Shown in pieces: positions 1-9,380 of a stretch of 64,000 nucleotides of DNA (positions are counted from its first letter, which is position 1; each line of letters begins with the position of its first letter). The translations under genes and the position numbers were made by a program. This DNA is from Phycisphaerae bacterium (lineage in GTDB: Bacteria; Planctomycetota; Phycisphaerae; UBA1845): the NCBI GenBank assembly GCA_963666835.2, contig CAXXGO010000006.1:2592001-2656000 (forward strand), in the 5' to 3' direction. A model generated the notes under the pieces. It was given only the letters and a program-made list of their open reading frames with translations, had not been told where the DNA came from and ran no database searches.

Positions 1-982
1 CTCGATCGACATCACGACCGCCGACAATAAGGGGACCGTGATTGGCAAGGATGGTGCCAACCACACGACATCGGGCGTTTTCACAATCAACGCGACGGAA
101 TTGGATCTGGTGCAGGTTTACGGGGACAGCTTCACCAACCTGCCCGGAGGGATCGTGGCGGGGGTCGGGGCCTTGGATGTGTCGGCCTGCGGATTGGTTA
201 ATCAGGGAATCGTCCGCCCCGGCTCGTCCGCTGGAGAGCTCGACATTGTAGGGGATTACACCCAGACCGAGAGCGGGGTGTTGGAGATCGAGATTGGGGG
301 ACCGCTGGTGGGTGATCTGTTTGATGTACTTGACGTAAGTGGCACGGCCGTGCTCGCCGGAACGCTGGAGGTCGATCTAATCGGCGGGTATGTACCGGCG
401 ATCGGTGACAGCTTTCAGGTTCTCGCGGCCGGTGCGGTTAGCGGGGAGTTTGATTCGGAGATTCTGCCGGAGCTGCCGGCGGGGTCGTGTTGGGACGTCT
501 CGTATAGCGCAACCGCCGTGACTCTGATGGTTTTGGGCTCGGCGGTTGTTGAACAACCGGTGCCTCAGACGCTCTGTGAGGGTGATCAGTTGGTCCTGGA
601 GGTATCCGTTGACGGTAATGTGGCGGTGGACTTGCAGTGGCGCAAAGACGGCGAGGACTTGCCTGGCGAAGTGGGCGCTTCGCTGGTTGTCGACGAAGTC
701 ACCGTCGCCGACGGTGGGGTGTATGATGTGGTGGTGACCAACACGTGCGGAGAGGCTCTAAGTGACGTAGCCACGTTGGTCGTCAATGTTCCTCCGGTGG
801 GTGATATCGAGGGCGATTGCGATGTCGATCTTGATGACGCGGCCGTCTTCGTCGGGTGTTTGACAGGCCCCGTTGGCGGCGTTCCGACCGGTTGCGAGGC
901 GGCCGATTTCGACGGGGACGGAGTCGGGATCGACCTGGCGGACTTCGCCATCTTGCAGAACGCTTTCGGGTCCGCGCCTTGA
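1..982 (+). CDS. Secreted protein, C-terminal part (autotransporter-like beta segment, Ig-like domain, dockerin-like C-terminus); truncated at the window edge
   Basis: Frame is open from base 2; contains GDYTQTESGVLEIEIGG, an Ig motif (LQWRKDG...DGGVYDVVVTN) and GDIEGDCDVDLDD...DFDGDG..IDLADFAILQNAF. Confidence 0.75.
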   Translation, partial: SIDITTADNKGTVIGKDGANHTTSGVFTINATELDLVQVYGDSFTNLPGGIVAGVGALDVSACGLVNQGIVRPGSSAGELDIVGDYTQTESGVLEIEIGGPLVGDLFDVLDVSGTAVLAGTLEVDLIGGYVPAIGDSFQVLAAGAVSGEFDSEILPELPAGSCWDVSYSATAVTLMVLGSAVVEQPVPQTLCEGDQLVLEVSVDGNVAVDLQWRKDGEDLPGEVGASLVVDEVTVADGGVYDVVVTNTCGEALSDVATLVVNVPPVGDIEGDCDVDLDDAAVFVGCLTGPVGGVPTGCEAADFDGDGVGIDLADFAILQNAFGSAP

Positions 983-1045
983 GCGAGGGGTTTGAACCCG
1001 TCTCTGAGGGGCTTCCCGGCTGGGGACCGTGGCGGTTTCGCTTCG

Positions 1046-1073
1046 TTTACAGCCGACCGGCGCTGCTTATAAT
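1046..1073 (+). promoter_or_regulatory. Putative sigma70 promoter of the pdxJ operon
   Basis: TTTACA-N16-TATAAT, ending 38 nt upstream of the pdxJ ATG. Confidence 0.5.
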
Positions 1074-1111
1074 GGCGGCGAATCTGGTAGGTTGTACGGA
1101 GTGAAGACGTC

Positions 1112-1852
1112 ATGGCGCTGCTCGGAGTCAATATTGATCACGTAGCCACCGTTCGCCAGGCCCGGGGGACGGATGAGCCGGACCCGGTCTGGGCGGCGAT
1201 GGAAGCCCAACTCGGCGGTGCGGACGGCATCACCTTCCATCTGCGCGAGGACCGTCGGCACATCATTGACCGCGATGTGCCCCTGCTGCGCGAGACTGTC
1301 AATGTCAAGTTGAACATGGAGATGGCTATCGCCGACGAGGTCGTTGCGATAGCCGCCGATTTGAGGCCGGAGCAGTGCTCGCTCGTGCCGGAGCGCCGCG
1401 AAGAGCTGACGACCGAGGGCGGGTTGGACGTTGTTCGCCATGGGTCGCGTATTGCCAAGGTCGTTACACGGCTGCGCGGGGTCGGGATCATATTGAACGC
1501 CTTCATTGAACCGGTGGAAGAACAACTGCGTGCCTCGGCCGACTGCGGGTTCCAGGCGGTGGAACTGTGGACCGGGGCTTACGCCAACGCGCGGACCGCT
1601 GCGCAACTGGAGAAGGCCGTTTCCGATCTGCGCTCGGCAATTGACTTGGGGCACGATCTGGGGCTCGAGGTTCACGGCGGGCACGGTCTGACCTATCGCA
1701 ACATCGGCGCGGTGGCCGAAATGCCGGGGTTCAGCGAGTTCAATATTGGACACTCGATTGTGGCGCGGTCGATCTTTGTGGGCCTTCGCGAGGCGGTTCG
1801 CGAAATGAAGCGGTTGCTGGAGTTGCACACTCCACCCCAGCCGACGTCGTAG
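1112..1852 (+). CDS. pdxJ: Pyridoxine 5'-phosphate synthase
   Basis: LGVNIDHVATVRQAR, HLREDRRHI, GHGLTY and NIGHSIVAR motifs. Confidence 0.97.
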   Translation: MALLGVNIDHVATVRQARGTDEPDPVWAAMEAQLGGADGITFHLREDRRHIIDRDVPLLRETVNVKLNMEMAIADEVVAIAADLRPEQCSLVPERREELTTEGGLDVVRHGSRIAKVVTRLRGVGIILNAFIEPVEEQLRASADCGFQAVELWTGAYANARTAAQLEKAVSDLRSAIDLGHDLGLEVHGGHGLTYRNIGAVAEMPGFSEFNIGHSIVARSIFVGLREAVREMKRLLELHTPPQPTS

Positions 1853-1875
1853 GGGCGGCGTAACCGGCGCGGTCA

Positions 1876-2838
1876 ATGCCGCCGACTCCGGATGGTGACG
1901 TCCGACAGGATCTGGAGCACTCTGTTATGGTTCGTTCCAATCCAGCCGCGGAGCTACGCGGTTCGATGACTGCCCTGGTTACTCCTTTTCGAGAGGGGCA
2001 GGTGGATTGGGTGTGTCTGGACCGCCTGGTGGACCGGCAGATTGACGGCGGGATCGACGTTCTAGTGCCTTGCGGGACGACGGGGGAGACGCCGACGCTG
2101 ACGAGTGCGGAGTGGGTGGAATACGTCGATCGGGTTATCACCCAGGTGGCCGGGCGATGCCAAGTCATGGTCGGTACGGGGTCGAATAGCACGGTCGTTA
2201 CGGTTGACCAGACCCGCCGGGCAGCGGCGGCTGGAGCAACCGCGGCGCTGATCGTTGCGCCTTACTACAACCGTCCGACGGCCGAAGGGCTCTATCGCCA
2301 TTTCGCGGAGGTAGCTGAATCGGTAGACCTGCCGATTGTCTTATACAACGTGCCCGCGCGAACCGGCGTCGATATTCCTAATGATGTTGTCGTGCGTCTG
2401 CGCGAGAGCTTCCCACACGTTGTCGCGATCAAACATGCTACGGGCACTGTTGATGGAGTGACCGAGCTGCTTGGTCGTTGTGACATCGATGTGCTTAGCG
2501 GGGATGATACTCTGGTTTGGCCGCTTATGGCTCTAGGCGCGGTCGGGGCGATTAGTGTTGTGTCCAACCTCTCGCCCTCGCTTATGAAGTCTCTGGTAGT
2601 GGCCGCACTGCACGGGGATTGCTCTGCGGCGCTTCGGCACCATCGCCGGGTATACGCCTTGGCCGCGGGTATCTCCGATTACGGTCCGAACCCCGTGCCG
2701 ATCAAGACGGCGATGGCGTTGAACGGCTTACTTCACGAGGAGTTCCGTTTACCCCTTTGCCCGGTGACCTCGGAGGCGCGGGCAGCGATTGCGGGTCTTC
2801 TTAATCGCCTGGAACTGAGTGAGACATCTGCTTCATGA
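1876..2838 (+). CDS. dapA: 4-hydroxy-tetrahydrodipicolinate synthase (start may be 1927)
   Basis: ALVTPF, GTTGE, PYYNRP, LYNVP, Schiff-base Lys (AIKH), SGDD and NPVPIK motifs. Confidence 0.93.
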   Translation: MPPTPDGDVRQDLEHSVMVRSNPAAELRGSMTALVTPFREGQVDWVCLDRLVDRQIDGGIDVLVPCGTTGETPTLTSAEWVEYVDRVITQVAGRCQVMVGTGSNSTVVTVDQTRRAAAAGATAALIVAPYYNRPTAEGLYRHFAEVAESVDLPIVLYNVPARTGVDIPNDVVVRLRESFPHVVAIKHATGTVDGVTELLGRCDIDVLSGDDTLVWPLMALGAVGAISVVSNLSPSLMKSLVVAALHGDCSAALRHHRRVYALAAGISDYGPNPVPIKTAMALNGLLHEEFRLPLCPVTSEARAAIAGLLNRLELSETSAS

Positions 2839-3863
2839 ACGCCTTATCGAGTCCCATTATGGTCGATCGACCGCAACTAAATCTGCTGGAAAAGACCGCG
2901 ACGCTGGGGTCATGGGGTCTGGCCGGTGCGGTCTTCTTGACGATCGGTTGGATCGCTATGGCCCCGGACGACCCGCTGGGCGCCGTGAGTGTTCTGGCCC
3001 ATCGTGGCGGTGTGCTGATGCTGGTGCAGGCGGCGGCGCTTGCTGCGGTCGCGGCGGCGGTGGCTACGGTGGTTGCCGGGCGGAGTCTGGCCGACGTTGG
3101 GACCTTCGCGGCCGCGTTGGGGTTGGCGGCGGTGTCCTTGCGCGGCGGCACTGCGGGGACGCTGTTGGTTGATTACGCCGATGTGGCTTCAGCGTACGAG
3201 CGCCGTCTGGCGTTGGGGTTCGCCGTTGAGTCGATTGGATGGTTCGCCGTGGTGCTGGGGGCAGTGGCGGTGTCGGCTTTCGTTATGCGGTGGTGTTTCC
3301 CGCCGAGTGGCGCGGATGACGGCGAGTCGTCGGATGTGCGGGCTGTGGCTGCGCGGACCATGGCAGGTTACGACGTCCCCGGTTTGGGATCAGTGTTGTT
3401 TGGAACCTCGGTTGAGCGACAGACGTCGCCGGCCGATGGCGTCCGGCATACCGCCATTACGGCTATTTTGGGCTTGCTGTGTATGGGGGTGCTGTCGTCC
3501 GGTTTGTCGAGCCGGTCTATTCAGCACGGGCAGGCGTGTTTTGTTGTGGCTGCCGGGGTATGTGCGGCCTCGTACTTCGCTCATCGTTTCGCGCCGGTTC
3601 GCTCATCGCTGTGGGGGATTCTTGCGGTGCCGGTGATTGCGGTAGCGGCATATATATGGGCGGCGGTTCTGCCGAAGGCGACAGGACTGCCTGCGCCACT
3701 ACCTTCGAGCCACTTCCTTCGCGTGCTGCCGATCCAACTGATTTCGGTTGGAACGGCGGCGGTCCTTACGATGTTCCGCTATATGTATGACCCCTCTCCG
3801 TCGGTCGGCTCGAACGAAGAACGGATGCCGGCCGGGCACACCTCACGAAGAGGGCGTCGCTGA
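2835..3863 (+). CDS. Multi-pass membrane protein, function unknown
   Basis: Many hydrophobic segments; ATGA overlap with the dapA stop. Confidence 0.75.
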   Translation: MNALSSPIMVDRPQLNLLEKTATLGSWGLAGAVFLTIGWIAMAPDDPLGAVSVLAHRGGVLMLVQAAALAAVAAAVATVVAGRSLADVGTFAAALGLAAVSLRGGTAGTLLVDYADVASAYERRLALGFAVESIGWFAVVLGAVAVSAFVMRWCFPPSGADDGESSDVRAVAARTMAGYDVPGLGSVLFGTSVERQTSPADGVRHTAITAILGLLCMGVLSSGLSSRSIQHGQACFVVAAGVCAASYFAHRFAPVRSSLWGILAVPVIAVAAYIWAAVLPKATGLPAPLPSSHFLRVLPIQLISVGTAAVLTMFRYMYDPSPSVGSNEERMPAGHTSRRGRR

Positions 3864-4165
3864 TGCGCGACGTTGGCCGGTTCAGGACGGACCCCTACGG
3901 GGCACTCCGAAAGCGGATGATCCAAGAAACCGAGGTCGCCCTGGCCGTGGGGCTTCTCCACCCGTCGCGCGTTCCGCGGATTCCCACGGTGGAGGTTGGT
4001 CACGGCACGTTCCATCCGGACTTCGCCGCAGAGTTCTGGCAAGAAGCGCTGGGGTTGGACAGCTCCGAGCAGCCGGAGTCCGCTGGCCGTAAAACGCCGG
4101 ATCGACCGCGGAATCAGCGTTTCAGGATGAACGACCGCTTCGGTGGTCGCCCGCTGCCGGACTGA
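3863..4165 (+). CDS. Small hypothetical protein
   Basis: TGATG overlap with the upstream gene; plausible composition. Confidence 0.6.
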   Translation: MRDVGRFRTDPYGALRKRMIQETEVALAVGLLHPSRVPRIPTVEVGHGTFHPDFAAEFWQEALGLDSSEQPESAGRKTPDRPRNQRFRMNDRFGGRPLPD

Positions 4166-4187
4166 TGCTGCTTCAATGAGGTGGCTG

Positions 4188-4712
4188 AAGGGGGTGCCCC
4201 ACCGCGGTGCTTGTTGCGTTGGGAGGGCCGTACCGATTCGCCGCCGGGGTGGGTGGGGGACGGATGCATCGACATACGGGGTTTTCTGTCTACTGTGATG
4301 TCTTACAGGCCGAAGGACGGGGCACTATCGCTGCATAACGCAAAGACCATGGCAGGTCTCGTTCCTCGACCGTGCCCTACGGCCCGGGTGCCCCATTCAC
4401 CCCGGCGTCTGTTGCATCAGGATAGCCGCAACGATTCGCCGCCGGGGTGGGTGGGGGACGGATGGAGGTTTGAGACACGCTGGCATTCGGAGATCAGTCC
4501 CCCACCCTTCGGCCAATGAACAGTGTGTATACCGGGAATGCATCGATATACGGGGTTTTCGGTCTACTGTGATGTCGCACAGGCCGAAGGACGGGGCACT
4601 ATCGCTGCATCACGCAAAGACCATGGCAGGTCTCGTTCCTCGACCGTGCCCTACAGGCTGTGATGTCGCACAGGCCGAAGGACGGGGTACCCTCCGAGGG
4701 ATGGGCACCCTC
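4188..4712. repeat. Cluster of GGGTGCCCC-type REP-like palindromes with an internal duplication of about 118 bp
   Basis: 4263-4380 and 4538-4654 are near-identical; CGATTCGCCGCCGGGGTGGGTGGGGGACGGATG occurs twice; 4385-4463 resembles the reverse complement of 36785-36872. Confidence 0.85.
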
Positions 4713-4726
4713 TTGAATAGCCCGGG

Positions 4727-5554
4727 CTAACGCTCGTGGGGAAGTGACTCGTTGAGGCTCCCGCTACGAAAACCTCGAAGATCCAGAGAAACGTACGTGA
4801 ATCCGATTGCGCGGAAGCGCTCGCAGATTCGGCGGGCGTTCTCCGGTTGTGCCATGGTTGGAATGGACTCCGCCGGCACCTCTATCCGAGCAAGGTCCCC
4901 GTGATGGCGAACGCGGCATTCGCGGTTCCCCAGGTCATGAAGGAAGGACTCTGCGGCTTCGATCATGCGGAGTTTGTCCGGTGTGATCGATTCGCCGTAG
5001 GGGATTCGGCTGACCAGGCATGGGTTAGCGGGCTTGTCGTGCGTCGGCAGCCCGAGTTTCTTCGACAGTTCGCGCAGATTGCTCTTCGTGAACCCGGCCT
5101 CGGCCAGCGGGGCGCGGATGTTGTGCCGCCGATCGGCCAGCATGCCCGGGCGGTAGTCGTCGAAGTCGTCAACGTTGGTTCCGCAAACGACAGCTCCCAC
5201 CTCGCGCTTCGCGAGCATCCGCTCGATATGACCGTAGAGATTGTCCTTGCAGAGAAAGCACCGATTGGCCGGATTGCGGACGAAGGCCGGATCGTCAAGC
5301 TCGTCGGTATCGAGCATGACGTGCTCCGCCCCGAGCGTTCTCGCCAGCTTCGCGGCCTCGTGGCATTCGCCTTGGGCGCGGCTGGCACTTCGCCCGGTTA
5401 CCGCGAGCACATTGTCGGGGCCGAGCGTGTCGATAGCGACCTTCAGCAGCAGGGTGGAATCGACCCCGGCACTGAAGGCCACCGCAACGTTATTCAGCTC
5501 GCGCAGGATCCGTTGCAGATGTTCGTACTTGTCTTCCAAGTCCGGTCGAGTCAT
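4727..5554 (-). CDS. larE: ATP-dependent sacrificial sulfur transferase, LarE family
   Basis: PP-loop AFSAGVDSTLL, NPANRCFLCK, DDYRPG, PCLVSRIPYG, RVRHHG and GFRSGSLN. Confidence 0.93.
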   Translation of the reverse strand: MTRPDLEDKYEHLQRILRELNNVAVAFSAGVDSTLLLKVAIDTLGPDNVLAVTGRSASRAQGECHEAAKLARTLGAEHVMLDTDELDDPAFVRNPANRCFLCKDNLYGHIERMLAKREVGAVVCGTNVDDFDDYRPGMLADRRHNIRAPLAEAGFTKSNLRELSKKLGLPTHDKPANPCLVSRIPYGESITPDKLRMIEAAESFLHDLGNRECRVRHHGDLARIEVPAESIPTMAQPENARRICERFRAIGFTYVSLDLRGFRSGSLNESLPHER

Positions 5555-5712
5555 GAGCTTACTCCGCCGGCGAGTATGATATCGCGGATCATACGCGGAG
5601 GCGAGCAGCTCTGCACGACGCGGTCGGCACGCCGGGAATCCGCGAACCGCCATGAACAGGCCTCCGGCCGGGCTCCGAGAACGAAGCCTGTTTTGAACCG
5701 CCTGCTTCTGCG

Positions 5713-6396
5713 TCACCCCCGCTTGCGGGGGTTCTTCAGGCCCGTGGTGAGCTTGTTGTTGACCTCCCGGAGGACCCGTGCGGGCAGGACGTCCCGGTGG
5801 GTGGAGAGGAACCGGCGAACGGCTTTGGCGTCGTGCGGGACCAGCGCCCGCAGTGCCCATGACAGGGCCTTGACCACCATATCGTCCGGATCTTCCGCGA
5901 GAAGCTCGCAAACGGCCAGCGTGCGTGGAACGTCACCGGTCCCGCCGGCCGATTTCTGGTTCGAGGGTACGGTAGATACCAGCGCCGCCCGTCGCCACCA
6001 GCGGTCTTTGGACCGAGCCCAGCGGTGGATGTGGTCGTCTTTCAAAATCTGCGCCTGCCACGCCGGTCCCGAGATGTAACCGGCGAACGTGTCCACATCG
6101 CCCCAACTATCGATGCCGCGACCCAGCTTCTCTATCACCGTTGGACGCAGGATTCCCGCCGCGTCTTCGTAGTGGAGGATCAGTGCATAGCCCATGAACC
6201 GGCACGACGGCTCATCGAGCTCCACGAGGCTAAGGGCGATCCGAATGATGTCTCGGCCCCCTGCGTTGGCCAGCTCCTTCGACACCTGCTGCCGAAACGC
6301 GTGCAGGTTTGGCGCCGTTTGGTCGGGTAGGGCGCGAAGCCGGCGGACTATGGCGGCGGAAACAGATGCAGTTTTGCGTGAGTTCCCTGAGGTCAT
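5713..6396 (-). CDS. DNA alkylation repair protein, AlkD-like HEAT repeat
   Basis: IDSWGDVDTF, WARSKDRWWRRAALV, DDMVVKALSWALR and REVNNKLTTGLKNP. Confidence 0.85.
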   Translation of the reverse strand: MTSGNSRKTASVSAAIVRRLRALPDQTAPNLHAFRQQVSKELANAGGRDIIRIALSLVELDEPSCRFMGYALILHYEDAAGILRPTVIEKLGRGIDSWGDVDTFAGYISGPAWQAQILKDDHIHRWARSKDRWWRRAALVSTVPSNQKSAGGTGDVPRTLAVCELLAEDPDDMVVKALSWALRALVPHDAKAVRRFLSTHRDVLPARVLREVNNKLTTGLKNPRKRG

Positions 6397-6520
6397 GGTT
6401 CAACGCCTTCTTGACTACCGCATGGTCCCTGATTGGTTCATCGGGGAGTATACTACTATGGAGCTGGTATTGCATGAAGACCTTGTGGGGGCCGACTCTT
6501 CGGAACTGCGTCGTGGAGGA

Positions 6521-7384
6521 CTAGCGACCATGTATGCACTCCCCGCGGGCGAGGCACTTATCCCATGCACGGCTTGCCAGAGGTTGTTCCGACAGTAGCG
6601 CCTGAAACTTGGATTCTCTTAGGACACGAATCATCCATGCGTTCTTAGCGACCACACGGTATCGTCCCGCCCACGGGTGCTTCTCGAAAGCGACTATCTT
6701 GTCGCATGATGGTGACGACTGCCAGTCAATACCTGATACCAGGACGTAGTCGTCCAAATAGGCGTACGATGGCGTGGGCATGCTCCCGGCAACGATGAAC
6801 GCGCTCGACAGCGAAAACAGGATGAGAAGTGCACACGTCAAGACCATAGCAATCGCGAGTTTGCGAAGCCAACGTCGTGCTAACAACAACGCACACAACG
6901 CAGGCGCGATGGCGAGCACGGACCACCTGAGAATGTCAGTAGCGTGCCGACACCACTTGTTCATCCGGGCGTATTGCGGCTCCACTGAACGCGAATACCA
7001 TGACGGTTTGAGATCATGCCGCACGTCCTCCACCGTCAGTGTCCCGTCCTCCGAACTTAGGTCCGCGTTGCCAAGGTGCGCTTGCACGATTGAGTGCAAC
7101 AGAGAGCAGCTAAATGCTCGTCCGCTCAACGGCGTACCATTTGACGACCGGAGGGCCCACAAGAAAGAAGAGATGGCGATCCCGTACAGCGCTGCAATCG
7201 CGAGCAGCTTGGCTAGTATCTTAAGCGCCTTGCTCCGAAAGAGGGTTTGGAGTCCGGTTGGGATACTGAGCAAATAGGTGGCTTCGTCCTGCGGATCGAA
7301 AGGGTGCGCGCATTCCGGACACTGCGACATGCCTTGGCCACGCAGGTCGTGATGACATTTCCGACAATACACGGTATTCGACAT
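6521..7384 (-). CDS. Zinc-ribbon membrane protein
   Basis: N-terminal CRKCHHDLRG...CPECAHPFDP followed by about three TM segments. Confidence 0.7.
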   Translation of the reverse strand: MSNTVYCRKCHHDLRGQGMSQCPECAHPFDPQDEATYLLSIPTGLQTLFRSKALKILAKLLAIAALYGIAISSFLWALRSSNGTPLSGRAFSCSLLHSIVQAHLGNADLSSEDGTLTVEDVRHDLKPSWYSRSVEPQYARMNKWCRHATDILRWSVLAIAPALCALLLARRWLRKLAIAMVLTCALLILFSLSSAFIVAGSMPTPSYAYLDDYVLVSGIDWQSSPSCDKIVAFEKHPWAGRYRVVAKNAWMIRVLRESKFQALLSEQPLASRAWDKCLARGECIHGR

Positions 7385-7645
7385 TCCCCATGTGTCACAG
7401 CTCTGCCCCGTGACTATACGCAACGGATGGTCCTTAATCAAGCGAGACCGGGGTCTGTCGCCCGTTTCATCGCCTCATTCGGTCACCCGGGCGCTGGCGC
7501 CTCCGGAGAGGCAACGAGTGTCTGCTCTTTCCGCGTTCTGGGTGTTGTCCCAACATGTATGAGCGGCGCGTTGCTCTATTGCGATGGTCAGCTACCTTGT
7601 GCGAACGGTAGCTGATGACGGACTGGTTGAGATTCCCCGAAAGCG

Positions 7646-9301
7646 TCAATCCCGCAAAGCCGGAGACTTCAGAATTGGGAGTTTGTCGAACTCCTCGACG
7701 TTCTTCTTGAGGTCCAACTCTTCCATCAGGATTGCCGGACAGATAATACTATGCGGGACGCCCGCCAGGGAGTTGTATGCCTTTCTTTCACTGCCGGCCG
7801 CGAGGATTCGTTTGAGAGCCCGGGTCTCGACCGGGAGGAACTCGAGCCCGCGGACCAGCTCTTCGCGGCCATCTTCCACGAATACCCGGTAAGCGTAGAT
7901 TGGCGGGCCGAGGTCTCCGTAGCCCCCCGGTTGCATCGCCGCGATCCGCAAGCCGTACTCCAGACCCTCATCGCGAGCCGCCTGAATAAGCTCCTGGCGC
8001 AACTCGTCCGGACTCATTGCGAGAGTGTCGGAGATGTAGAGACAGCCGGTTGTCGCTTGCGCGTCACCATATCCGGCAGTGCGGCCATGCCCGGTGGTCT
8101 TGGTGATCTTCTTGGTAGGGGCTCGTCCTGCGACGAGGTTCTTGAGGATACCCTTCTCGGCGATACTCACGCGGGTAGCGGGGATTCCCTCGTCGTCGTA
8201 CTTATACGCCCCAACCAGAACGGTACCTTCGTATTCCTCCGGTCCGGGATCGTCGTAAACGTGGAACGATCTCGGCAAGACGCGCAGCCCGAGCTTCTTC
8301 TCGAGACTCATATCGCCCCAACCACCTCCGCTGCCGAGTGGTATCGGTCTGGCACACACCGCGTGGGCGAAAAGCGCCTCGAAGACCATTCCCGCGGCAA
8401 TCGGCTCGAACAGAACCGGACCGGTGTACTGTTCGAGCTTGGGAGTTTTCGCCAACTGGTCCAGCTTTGCGCACATCTCATCGATGTCGGCCATAATCTT
8501 ATCTGCCGAAGGAAGCTGGTCGAGTCGCTCACCGATGTAACGGAGGCTGTCGGAAAGGTGCATGCCCTCCGGAGCTTGAGTCGCTGCGCCGATCTCGAGG
8601 TATACGCCGGTATCGCTTACCAGGATCCGCGTCCCTTCGGAATTGACCAGGTAATTCGTCGATGTGCCGGCCAACATCCGGACAACGGAATCTTGAATGT
8701 GCGGGTGCTTCTTGAACGTGGCGGAGAGTTTCTTGACAGTCTCTTCCCATTCCTTTGAGTCGAAATCCAAGTGAGCCGGCGAGTCGAAGTAGCTGACCGG
8801 GTCCGCCGGAGTGAAATCGTCCGGGCGGTCCTCGATGTTGGTGCTCTTGAGATAGGCGATCTTACGCGTAAGAGTCTCGACCGCCCGCTTGTAGTCGGCG
8901 TCCGTCATCCGCCAGATGGCGTGGCGGATGGCGACGTAATCATCGTCCAACGGAAGCGGCACGCGCAGTCCGTAGGCTGGCGGAGCGTTCGTGTTGTCCA
9001 GCTCGTACGATCCGACCCGCACGCGCGTTGTTAGCACGCGGGTCCGGTTATCGCCGGAATCCAACAGGCCGCCAAGGGCGGCGCTGATGGAATGTGTCCA
9101 GCGGTCTTCCGCGACGTACTGCATGAAGTACGGCCGCGGCAGGTCTTCGAAGCTCAGTCGGCTCATCGAGCGGTCCATCTCGTCCACCATGGCCTCGAGA
9201 AGAACGTCGGCGGGCGGCTCGGTTGCGACTGGCCCGGCGTGGGCGGCTGCGGAGACCAATGCTGCAAGAACCAGCAATCGAGTCATGTATGCAAAAGACA
9301 T
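7646..9301 (-). CDS. TldD/PmbA-family protein with signal peptide, probably the non-catalytic partner
   Basis: YTGPVLFEP, YDDEG, GHGR and ELVRG motifs; no HExxxH. Confidence 0.85.
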   Translation of the reverse strand: MSFAYMTRLLVLAALVSAAAHAGPVATEPPADVLLEAMVDEMDRSMSRLSFEDLPRPYFMQYVAEDRWTHSISAALGGLLDSGDNRTRVLTTRVRVGSYELDNTNAPPAYGLRVPLPLDDDYVAIRHAIWRMTDADYKRAVETLTRKIAYLKSTNIEDRPDDFTPADPVSYFDSPAHLDFDSKEWEETVKKLSATFKKHPHIQDSVVRMLAGTSTNYLVNSEGTRILVSDTGVYLEIGAATQAPEGMHLSDSLRYIGERLDQLPSADKIMADIDEMCAKLDQLAKTPKLEQYTGPVLFEPIAAGMVFEALFAHAVCARPIPLGSGGGWGDMSLEKKLGLRVLPRSFHVYDDPGPEEYEGTVLVGAYKYDDEGIPATRVSIAEKGILKNLVAGRAPTKKITKTTGHGRTAGYGDAQATTGCLYISDTLAMSPDELRQELIQAARDEGLEYGLRIAAMQPGGYGDLGPPIYAYRVFVEDGREELVRGLEFLPVETRALKRILAAGSERKAYNSLAGVPHSIICPAILMEELDLKKNVEEFDKLPILKSPALRD

Positions 9302-9380
9302 TCGGGTCTGCTCCCAGGGTTTGCCGAGTTCGTTGATACTGGTCCGGCGAACGGACGGCGCCGTGCCGTCCACCTTACTG

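Noticed and set aside
4181..4730. Two ORFs with duplicated peptide segments
   Set aside because: They are translations of the repeat cluster.
4727..5554. Complete nickel-pincer cofactor (lar) cluster
   Set aside because: Only larE is present; stand-alone larE homologs are common.
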